In this document: one piece after another, positions 30,949-39,594 of the stretch
Layout of the letters: the number at the start of each line of letters is the position of its first letter
Position numbering within the stretch: position 1 is the first letter of the stretch
From: an uncultured Acidimicrobiia bacterium
GTDB lineage: Bacteria > Acidobacteriota > Terriglobia > Versatilivoradales > Versatilivoraceae
NCBI GenBank assembly: GCA_963786955.1
Contig: CAWBAT010000004.1
Span: 840,678 to 904,677 of the forward strand
DNA: 64,000 bases
Direction of reading: 5' to 3'
Position numbers and translations under genes: made by a program
Notes under the pieces: model-generated
What the model was told of the DNA's origin: nothing
The model's input: the letters and a program-made list of their open reading frames with translations, nothing else
Databases searched by the model: none

Positions 30949-31103
30949 TGTTGGCTCTCTCCGAGGGACTAATCCGAATATTGTAAGGTCAGGCGGCGTC
31001 GCGGAGCTCCGCCCTCCAGCGAAATGATTGCCAATGCAGAAAAAGCCGCAGACCCGCCACGGCGGCTGCGATACAGCGGACTAAACTCAGCGGAGCCGCA
31101 CGG

Positions 31104-31136
31104 CAGCTGATTTGTGTGTCAAATGTAGGTGAAAGC
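31104..31136. promoter_or_regulatory. 11-bp-period direct repeats (putative wHTH operator), copy 1
   Basis: CAGCTGATTTG TGTGTCAAATG TAGGTGAAAGC; conserved upstream of all three wHTH-TPR genes. Confidence 0.55.
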
Positions 31137-31308
31137 GTAACTCGTTGAAATATGGAACCTTAAGTGCCGGGATTGGGGATAGATTTACTGCTTGTGCAAT
31201 GGGTTTTGTGATAGAATTTTTACCAGTTAAATTACCGGGGCTAATTGATCTCAAGAACTGGCTCCGTGGCACGCCTTCCTACCTCGCATTCTCTCGGAGG
31301 TTTCCGCA

Positions 31309-33338
31309 ATGGAAACCCCTCTCCGCTCGAGACATCTGATTTGTTTTGGGGCCTTTGAATTCGACCCTCACACCGGAGAACTCCGCAAGCACGGAATGAA
31401 GTTGAAATTGCATGGACACGCCATTGATGCGCTGGTCCTATTGCTGGAGCATCCGGGGGAACTCGTCACTCGCGAGGAGTTGCAGAAGCGACTCTGGCCT
31501 GCAGACACCTTCGTTGATTTCGAACACAATCTCAACGCGGCAGTAAAGAGGCTGCGCGAGGAATTAGACGACTCCGCCGACAAACCCCGCTTCATCGAGA
31601 CGCTACCTCGTCACGGCTACCGCTTCATCGCCCCGGTGAACGATTCCCTTACTCCCAATTCCACAAACCACCAGACAGGGGAGGAAAGCCCATCTCTTCA
31701 TTCCCAACTTTTTTCTCGCTGCGAGATGAGTCGTCTGCAGATAGTGGAAACGAGTGAAGGCAAAATACCCGATAGAAGACAAAGAGTTACGTTTGGACCG
31801 CGCTCGGCAGGGGAGAGTTCCCCTTACAAGCTCGGCGGCGCTGACTGGCGGGTTGTTGGCGCTATTGCGGTGGTAGTGATTAGCTTAATATGCGGCGGTA
31901 TTCGCGATCGTTTGCTGTCGGCTGTCGGCGTGAGGCGCACTGTTGCCTCCGTTCCAAGATCGAGTCGATTGCCGTCCTGCCCCTGGAAAATCTCTCGGGT
32001 GATAAAGAACAGGAATACTTCGCCGACGGCATGACCGAGGCATTAATCACGGACCTGGGCAAGATCGGGGCGCTTCGGGTGATCTCACGGACCTCCGTGA
32101 TGCAGTATAAGGGCACCAAGAAGCCACTGCCGCAGATTGCGCAGGAACTGAATGTGGACGCCGTCGTCGAAGGCACGGTGCAGCGTTCAGATAACCGTGT
32201 GCGCATCACGGCTAACCTGCTCCACGCTCCCAGCGACCGGCATCTCTGGGCGGATGCCTACGAGCGTGATCTGCGCGACGTGCTGGTGCTGCAAGACGAA
32301 GTGGCGCGAGCCATCGCGAGCGAGATCCAGATCAAAATCACGCCCAACGAGCAAGTCCGCCTGGCCAGCGCCCGCCTCGTCAATCCTGAGGCCTATCGGC
32401 TTTACCTAATTGGGCGGTTCCTCTTGAACAAGCGGACCGAGGAAGGATTCAAGCAGGCTATTAACAACTTCCAGGGCGCCATCGAGACAGATCCCCACTA
32501 CCCTGTGGCTTACGCGGGGCTGGCGGATGCCTACACCTTGCTCGGAAACTGGGGCCATCTGCCTCCCCGGGACGCTTACCCAAAAGCAAAGGTAGCGGCG
32601 CAGAAAGCACTGCAAATCGACAAAGACTCGGCCGAAGCCCACACTTCCCTGGCGCTTGTTTACTATGAATACGACTGGGACTGGCCTGCCTGCGAGAAAG
32701 AGTACAAGCGCGCCATCGAGCTCAATCCAAATTATGCAACGGCGCACCAGTGGTACTCAGAATACCTTTCGACCATGAAGAGGAACGCCGAAGCTATCGC
32801 TGAGGCTGAACGAGCGCAGCAACTGGACCCGCTCTCTCCGATGATCAGTACTAATGTAGGTAATAGCTACGTATTGGCGCGTCAGTATGACATCGCAATC
32901 AGCCGGTTAAGGAACACGGTCTCACTGTTTCCCGAGTTCTCCATTGGCTTCGGGTGTCTTGGGGACGCTTACATGGCAAATGGTAATTATGAACAGGCGA
33001 TTGCCGCCTATCAAAAGTGGATGACTCTTTCTGGAGCGAGTGCCGCCGAAGTAGCCGGGGTGGGACAAGCATACTCGAAGGAAGGTATGCGAGGTTTCTA
33101 CCATTGGGCGCTTCGCAGATTGAAGGAGGAGTCGAAACACCGGTATGTCAGGGCGTATGAGTTCGCTTGGTTTTTTGCTAGCTTGGGAGAGAAAGACCAG
33201 GCTTTCTCCTATCTGGAAAAAGCCTACCAAGATCGTGACTATAAATTAACCGATCTCCAAAGACATCCACGCCTAGACACCCTACACTCCGACCCACGCT
33301 TTCAGGATCTCCTGCGCCGCATGAATTTCCCACCATAA
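31309..33338 (+). CDS. Transmembrane wHTH (OmpR/CadC-type)-TolB_N-TPR regulator, copy 1 (frameshift near 31950)
   Basis: FGAFEFD...FIETLPRHGYRF wHTH, TM, SIAVLPLENLSGD...FADGMTEALI, TPRs, DPRFQDLLRRMNFPP. Confidence 0.9.
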
Positions 33339-33399
33339 GTAAGCTGGTCGCAATGATTGACGCGATTCAAGCATCGATCTTGGCCGTGAAACTCTGTTC

Positions 33400-33634
33400 G
33401 CCCCAATCGGAAGTTGGTTTTGCATTGTCTGCTGGAACGGGCGCTCTGTCGCAAGTCCCCTCCTATTTTAGGAGGGGCAGGGGTGGTAGATTCCCTGAAC
33501 GCGCGACGGAGCGCGCGTTCCACCTAAAGCAAGAATTTACCGGAACATTTTTACCCTTTTCTCAATGGCTCGCATATCAATCTTAAATTAGAAAATGGAA
33601 CAAATCACCAGTCACCAACTTCGGAATTCGGGAT
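33400..33634. mobile_element. MITE-like non-autonomous element
   Basis: Imperfect terminal inverted repeats (CCCCAATCGGAAGTTGG / CCAACTTCGGAATTCGGGAT) enclose GAACGCGCGACGGAGCGCGCGTTCCACC; related left ends occur at about 39505, 49225 and 10015. Confidence 0.55.
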
Positions 33635-33649
33635 CAATAGAACAAAAAT

Positions 33650-33844
33650 GAATTCCCCTCGGGAGGGGTGCCTGCCGCAGGCAGGCGGGGTGGGTCTATG
33701 TAAGAATGGCTTTCCCGATTCACGACCCACCCCTGGCCTTCGGCCGTCCCCTCCGCCGGAGGGGATTTCTTTAACACGAGGCGGCGTCGGTCACCTGGCG
33801 GACGAGCCCGGCAGAAAGATTGGAGACGCCGCTCCCCCGCGGCG
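33650..33844. repeat. About 195-bp structured repeat, copy A
   Basis: Near-identical to 45019-45216, especially from ACCCACCCCTGGCCTTCGGCC to CCCCGCGGCG. Confidence 0.9.
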
Positions 33845-33846
33845 AT

Positions 33847-34503
33847 TCAATTTGTCGGCTGCAAGCCTAAGTTGAACCCAGGCTTCCTCAACATGAAAAG
33901 AGTGCGTCCACTGACTTTCTGATCGAACTTCAGGTCTTCTCCTTCGACAGCCAGTCTGATTCCGTCGCCCTGCTGGTTTTCCGGCACTTTGCCGAGGGCG
34001 CAGTTCACCTGCAGAAAGGCTTCTTTTGGTTTGCCCACGTCGGGGAGCAACTGAATACGGAGGAGAGCCAGCCCGCCTGCAGGCATCGGCCCATTGCGAA
34101 ATCCCATTGGGAACATACCCATCGACTTGAATTTCCGCTTGTCACGCACAAGCGCTCCTGGTGCAACCCCGTAGGAATTGAATTTCACCAGTTCTGTGGC
34201 TTTCCAGATGCCCGTTTCCACAATCTCCCCTTTGGCGGTCTTGCGGGTAAAGGCGCCCATAGCGGTAACCGTCTTGCTGGAAGGGTTCAGCATCCCTGCA
34301 CCGCTGATTTCGATGCTGTCCCCATTGGCTGTTTGCGCCACGGCCGGGCAGGCACTGGAGTCGTTCGGGTCGCATACGTACCCAGTGCCCACCAGGAAGT
34401 TGTAATCATTGGAACTCGTGTCGGGTGAGGCAGGACTAGCGCGAATAGCTGTGGCCATGACCAGCATGATCAATAATGTCAAAATGCTTCCTCGCTTACC
34501 CAT
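33847..34503 (-). CDS. Hypothetical secreted protein
   Basis: Signal peptide (…MATAIRA), Cys pair CDPNDSSAC, GAGG RBS. Confidence 0.75.
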   Translation of the reverse strand: MGKRGSILTLLIMLVMATAIRASPASPDTSSNDYNFLVGTGYVCDPNDSSACPAVAQTANGDSIEISGAGMLNPSSKTVTAMGAFTRKTAKGEIVETGIWKATELVKFNSYGVAPGALVRDKRKFKSMGMFPMGFRNGPMPAGGLALLRIQLLPDVGKPKEAFLQVNCALGKVPENQQGDGIRLAVEGEDLKFDQKVSGRTLFMLRKPGFNLGLQPTN

Positions 34504-34556
34504 GATGCGTTTCCTCAATCTGAATTCAGTAATCGGAGACTGCGTTCGCTGGTTCG

Positions 34557-35429
34557 TTAATGTCGGTTCATGAGAAAGCCATGCACAACCCCATTGGCAT
34601 CAACGTACAAACCCACAATGTCGCCACGGTTGTTGATTCCAGCGGTTAGTGTATACACAGATCCCGGGGGATCAATTGCTGTGAACTTGCCATCGCTCAG
34701 CAGATAGCCATGCACGGTATCGGTATAAAAGACGATCTCGCCTCTATCATTAACCCCCAAGCAATGGGTCGTGCTTGCACCGGGGACATCAATTGTTGTG
34801 AACTTGCCCTTGCTCAGCAAATAACCATGCGCCCCCTGCGAAAAGTCATTAGCACAGACAGGGTCACTAGAATCACAGTACAGTCCTACGATGTCGCCTT
34901 TATCGTTATTCCTCTGGGCAAAGGTGAGGCTTGAACTGGGGACATCAATGGTGGTGAAAGTGCCCTTGCTCAGGAGGAAGCCGCGTCCCGCTCCATTGGC
35001 ATCAGTGTACCCACCCACGATCTCTCCACGCGCGTTGATCCCTAAGGCATTGGCGCCGGGAACACCGGGAGGAAGGTCAATGTTAGTCAATTGGCCCTTG
35101 CTGAGCAGGAAGGGATGCCCCCAGTAATCGGGAGGAGGCCAGTACGCTCCTACCATCTCGCCGGCAGGATTGATGCCGTTGATATCGGTGTAGGGAGCAC
35201 CAGAGAAGTCAATCGTAGTGAATTGGCCGTGGCTAAGCAGAAAGCCATGCTCGAGACCATTGGCATCATCGTAACGTCCCACAATCTCTCCAAGCGAGTT
35301 AATTCCATAGGGAAATGTGAATACAGCCCCGGGGACATCAATATTATAAAAGGTCGGTCCTGCCGCGAAGATCGAGGTCGCGCTAAGCAACAGGACTACT
35401 GAAAACGTGATACCCAATAATTTACGCAT
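34557..35429 (-). CDS. Secreted HAF-family extracellular repeat protein
   Basis: Signal peptide and about six repeats GINxxGEIVGxYxDxNGxxHGFLLSxGxFTTIDxPG; GGAGG RBS. Confidence 0.85.
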   Translation of the reverse strand: MRKLLGITFSVVLLLSATSIFAAGPTFYNIDVPGAVFTFPYGINSLGEIVGRYDDANGLEHGFLLSHGQFTTIDFSGAPYTDINGINPAGEMVGAYWPPPDYWGHPFLLSKGQLTNIDLPPGVPGANALGINARGEIVGGYTDANGAGRGFLLSKGTFTTIDVPSSSLTFAQRNNDKGDIVGLYCDSSDPVCANDFSQGAHGYLLSKGKFTTIDVPGASTTHCLGVNDRGEIVFYTDTVHGYLLSDGKFTAIDPPGSVYTLTAGINNRGDIVGLYVDANGVVHGFLMNRH

Positions 35430-35476
35430 AATTCACCTCCAATGATTAAATGATTAAGAGATCCAGTAGCAGACTC

Positions 35477-36418
35477 TCAGTAGCAGGTTTCCAACTTCGC
35501 CTCAATCCAGCCCACCAGTCGCTGGCTCGGCTGCCGCACCAATACCACAAAGTCGTCGGCATAGCGCACCAGTTTCGCCTGAGCCCAGTGGGCTGGCCCT
35601 CCCGAGCGGTGAAACACCGTGTCAAACCAGTGCAGATAAAGATTGGCCAGCAAAGGCGAAATCACCCCGCCCTGCGGCGTTCCTTTCTGCGACCGGCTGA
35701 CTTTCGGCGCGCCGCCCTTCGTCTCTGGGGGTTCCACCACCGGCGTCTCCAACCAGAGCCTAATCAGTTTCAATACCTGTCGGTCCGCAATCCGCAGGCG
35801 CAAACAAGCCATCAACCGCTCCTGCGGAATCGAGTCAAAGTAGCCCTTCAGGTCCGCGTCATAGACCGCTTGATGCCCTCCCCGCAGATGACTGCGGATC
35901 TCCTCCAGAGCATCGTGCGCCGAGCGACCCGGACGGAACCCATACGAGCAATCCTGGAAGTCCGCCTCAAAGATCGGCTCCAGAATCAACAGAGTCGCCA
36001 TCTGCACCACCCGGTCCCGCACCGTCGGTATGCCCAGCGGTCTGAGCTTCCCGTTGGCTTTGGGTATCCAGACCCGTCGTACCGCCGAAGGTCGGTAGCT
36101 CTTGGTCTGCAACGATTCCTGAACCTCGTCCAGAAACCGCCCCAAGCCCTCGCCTGTGGCCTCGATCTCGTCGATCGTTTGGCCATCGACTCCCGGCGCG
36201 CCTCCGTTGCGACGCACCGCCTGCCAGGCTGCCTCCAGCGTGTCCCGCCGATAGATCCGGTCATACAATGCGTAAAACCGAAACTTCGGCTCCTGCTTTG
36301 CCTTCTGGCCCAGCTTCTGTCTCAGCTGAGAAAGTTTCACGGGCAGCCCTCGCTCTCGGTCCCTTTCTGGCACCGCCTCGATGGCCTTCCGCTCTTCCGT
36401 AGTGGGAATCTCTTCCAA
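35477..36418 (-). pseudogene. ltrA: Group II intron reverse transcriptase/maturase, truncated shortly after YADD
   Basis: [66 protein letters not shown]; ends about 25 aa later, with no RT7 or X domain. Confidence 0.92.
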
Positions 36419-36899
36419 GCGGTTTTCCCCTCCTCTTACAGAAGCATATCCCGGCTCAGGCCCCTTCGCTCCACGGTCATTACCCGCTTCCCCGCTACTA
36501 TGAGCCTGTCCGATTCCCAGCCGGAGCCGCTCCCAGGGTTATGGATTCCCCCAAGGCGTCGGCGTCTCTCTCGCCACCCCGCCGGGCCTCCCAGGTTCCT
36601 CAGCAGATCTGTCCTCGCGCGCCGTCCACAAGCACCCCGGAGAGTCCCACGACTGCTCATGCCCATGCTTCGTCATCGGTATCAGGCTTCATCCAAAAGG
36701 GGAGGACTGGCCACTCTCAGCTTTACCCTTTCACGAGGCCGAATCGGTTCGCTTTCGCTACGGCTCACGAGTTTGCCTCCCCAGGCTTCACCGTTGGAAT
36801 TACTCCCATCCGGTGCTGGTTCGGCTACATGTACGATAGGCAATTTACATGGTTAGTACCTCGCAACTAACAAGATCCGCCAGGCTTTGCCTGACGCGC
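35477..36899 (-). mobile_element. 3'-truncated group II intron (5' ribozyme domains plus partial intron-encoded protein)
   Basis: Starts GCGCG (GUGYG-like) at 36899; contains typical motifs GGAACCTGGGAGGCCC, ATAGTAGCGGGGAAG and GGAGCGAAGGGG, then the RT ORF; no DV/DVI seen. Confidence 0.88.
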
Positions 36900-37152
36900 C
36901 CCCTTGGAAAGGGGTGCCGCATGTGCGGCGGGGGATGTAACGAGTCTGCGGCTTTGGTTCTCCGATTTACAAACTGCAGAGTTAAAGAACAACTCTTAGC
37001 TACCTTGCTGTTCAACAATTTCCTGACCCGAACGATGATGCGCCCTTGAGATGACCACTCGTTCCCCTAAGCGCACACTTCTTATGAAGGGTTTGCCCAT
37101 TCGGCCATGCTCAATCACCCTACTCCAGCTCTTTGCAGAGTTCAATGCACGG

Positions 37153-37185
37153 GAGGTGATTTGTGTGTCAAATGTAGGTGAAAGC
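37153..37185. promoter_or_regulatory. 11-bp-period direct repeats (putative wHTH operator), copy 2
   Basis: GAGGTGATTTG TGTGTCAAATG TAGGTGAAAGC. Confidence 0.55.
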
Positions 37186-37358
37186 GTATCTCGTTGAAGT
37201 ATGGAAGCTTAAGCGCCGGGATTCGGGATAGATTTGCCCCTTGTGGAATGGGTTTTGTGATAGAATTTTTGATCAGTTGATTTACCGGGATTAATTGATC
37301 TCAAGAACTGGCTTCGTGGCACCCCTTCCTACCTCCTTTTCTCTCGGAGGTTTCCGTA

Positions 37359-39383
37359 ATGGAAACCCCTCTCCGATCGAGACATCTGATTTGTTTTGGG
37401 GCCTTTGAATTCGACCCCCACACCGGAGAACTCCGCAAGCACGGAATGAAGTTGAAATTGCAAGGACACGCCATTGATGCGTTGACCCTATTGCTGGAGC
37501 ATCCGGGGGAACTCGTGACTCGCGAGGAGTTGCAGAAGAGACTCTGGCCTGCAGATACCTTCGTTGATTTCGAACACAGTCTCAACGCGGCCGTAAAGAG
37601 GCTCCGCGAGGTGTTAGACGACTCCGCCGACAAACCGCGCTTCATCGAAACACTGCCTCGCCACGGCTACCGCTTCATCGCCCCACTGGACGATTCCCTC
37701 ACTCCCGATTCCACAACCCACGAGACAAAGGAAGAAAGCTCCTCTCTTCATTTCGAGCCTTCTGCAGCAGGGAGAGACGGGACCGCGGACGGCGGAGCGA
37801 GTGAGGGCGACATACCCCCTCAGGACAAAGAGTTGAGTTCGGGCCGCTCGCGGCAGGTTAGAGCTTCCCCGTACAAGATCGGGCTGCTGGCTGTTGGGTT
37901 GTCGGTGGGATTGGCGGCAGTCGTGATCGCGCTTAATGTGTGGGGTCTGCGCGATCGCTTACTGTCAACCCTCGGGGAACGGCGCACTGTGGTCTCCACT
38001 CCCAAGATTGAATCGATTGCCGTCCTGCCCCTGGAAAATCTCTCGGGTGATAAAGAGCAGGAATTCTTCGCCGATGGCATGACCGAGGCATTAATCACGA
38101 ACCTGGGCAAGATCGGTGCGCTTCGGGTGATCTCACGGACATCCGTGATGCAGTACAAGGGCACCAAGAAACCCCTGCCGGAGATTGCCCGCGAACTGAA
38201 TGTAGACGCCATCATCGAAGGCACGGTGCAGCGTTCAGATAACCGTGTGCGCATCACAGCGAACCTCCTCCACGCCCCCAGCGACCGGCATCTCTGGGCG
38301 GATGCTTACGAGCGCGATCTGCGCGACGTACTGGCGCTGCAAGACGAAGTGGCACAAGCCATCGCAAGCGAGATCCAGATCAAAGTCACGCCCAACGAGC
38401 AAATCCGCCTAGCCACCGCCCGTCCCCTCAATCTCGAGGCATACGAGGCCTACATTAAGGGACGCAGGAGCCTAGAGACTTGGACGGAAGCGGGGGCCAA
38501 GACCTCCATCAAGCACTTCGAAAAAGCGATTGCAGTGGATCCGACTTACGCGGAGGCTTATGCGGGGCTCGCCGATGCGTACAGCATGGAGGGCGATTTG
38601 ATGCTTCTCCTACCGAAGGAGGCTTACCCGAGGGCAAAGGAGACAGCGGCAAAGGCTCTAGCGCTCGACGGAAACTTGGCTGAGGCGTATGCCTCCCTTT
38701 GCCATATCAGAGTGCGCTTCGACTGGGACTGGCCTGCCGCCGAGAGAGACTGCATGCGAGCAGTGGAACTCAACCCGAATTCCGCGACCGCCCTCAACGA
38801 GGCCTCGCGTTATCACCTAGCGATGGGCCGAATGGAAGAGGGCCTGGCTCTCGCGAGGCGACGGGTTGAACGAGACCCGCTCTCACCTGCCGCACACTCC
38901 AGGTTGGGATGGTGCTACTATCTTTCACGCCGATACGACAACGCCATCGCAGAGTTTGAGAATGCACTCGTACTTGATCCCAACTACCTCGACACCTGGG
39001 AAGGACTAGGGCATACCTATCTGGAGAAGCGAATGTACCCGGAAGCCATCAAAGCGTACGATAGATCTGCTGCGGTTGGGAGCCTTGCTTATCGAGCTAA
39101 CCTCGGCAACGCTTATGCAAGAGCCGGAATGCGAGAGCAGGCTCTCAAGGTGCTGGAGGAGCTGAAACAAATTTCGAAACACCAGCATATTCCGCCGGGT
39201 GCTTTTGCTTGGATCTACACAGGCTTGGGGGATAAAGATCAAGCCTTCCTGTGGTTGGCGAAAGCTTTCGAGGAACGTGACACATCAGGGTTTCCAATGG
39301 CCAAGGTTTTTCCGGCGTGGGACCCCTTGCGCTCCGACCCACGCTTTCAGGATCTCCTGCGCCGCATGAACTTCCCACCATAA
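37359..39383 (+). CDS. Transmembrane wHTH-TolB_N-TPR regulator, copy 2
   Basis: Intact 674-aa ORF with the same architecture as copies 1 and 3; extended -10 TGaTAGAAT at 37258-37266. Confidence 0.93.
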   Translation: METPLRSRHLICFGAFEFDPHTGELRKHGMKLKLQGHAIDALTLLLEHPGELVTREELQKRLWPADTFVDFEHSLNAAVKRLREVLDDSADKPRFIETLPRHGYRFIAPLDDSLTPDSTTHETKEESSSLHFEPSAAGRDGTADGGASEGDIPPQDKELSSGRSRQVRASPYKIGLLAVGLSVGLAAVVIALNVWGLRDRLLSTLGERRTVVSTPKIESIAVLPLENLSGDKEQEFFADGMTEALITNLGKIGALRVISRTSVMQYKGTKKPLPEIARELNVDAIIEGTVQRSDNRVRITANLLHAPSDRHLWADAYERDLRDVLALQDEVAQAIASEIQIKVTPNEQIRLATARPLNLEAYEAYIKGRRSLETWTEAGAKTSIKHFEKAIAVDPTYAEAYAGLADAYSMEGDLMLLLPKEAYPRAKETAAKALALDGNLAEAYASLCHIRVRFDWDWPAAERDCMRAVELNPNSATALNEASRYHLAMGRMEEGLALARRRVERDPLSPAAHSRLGWCYYLSRRYDNAIAEFENALVLDPNYLDTWEGLGHTYLEKRMYPEAIKAYDRSAAVGSLAYRANLGNAYARAGMREQALKVLEELKQISKHQHIPPGAFAWIYTGLGDKDQAFLWLAKAFEERDTSGFPMAKVFPAWDPLRSDPRFQDLLRRMNFPP

Positions 39384-39594
39384 GCTGCCAGCCACGATTG
39401 ACGCGCCTTCTGCGGCAATCGTGGGCTTGTATCCGGGATTTATGTGGTTCATCAGTGACGTGAGACTCCTGTTGGCGTCACTTTGTCCACGATTGAAAGG
39501 TTAAACCCGAATTCGGAAGTTGCCTTGGGCACAAGGTGGAGCAGGCGCGTGAGACAGCGGTCCCTCGCGAGCGTTCCACACCCCGCATTTACCT

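Noticed and set aside
2010-33338. Mass pseudogenisation or programmed frameshifting in hypF, hypA, hyaC, hyaA, the activator, nosY, nosZ, hydB, hydG, hydA and wHTH copy 1
   Set aside because: The breaks are small indels with intact motifs on both sides and no evident nonsense decay, spread over unrelated genes. Sequencing error is the simplest explanation; read polishing would settle it.
12703-36418. Diversity-generating retroelement (FGE/C-type lectin fold target plus reverse transcriptase)
   Set aside because: The RT has group II intron motifs (GTPQGG, YADD) and an intron 5' RNA. I saw no template repeat matching the FGE 3' end and no avd-like gene.
35450-36856. 468-aa plus-strand ORF and other long antisense ORFs (e.g. 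19096-20013, 23615-24640)
   Set aside because: They are shadows of GC-rich genes on the opposite strand and have no recognisable motifs.
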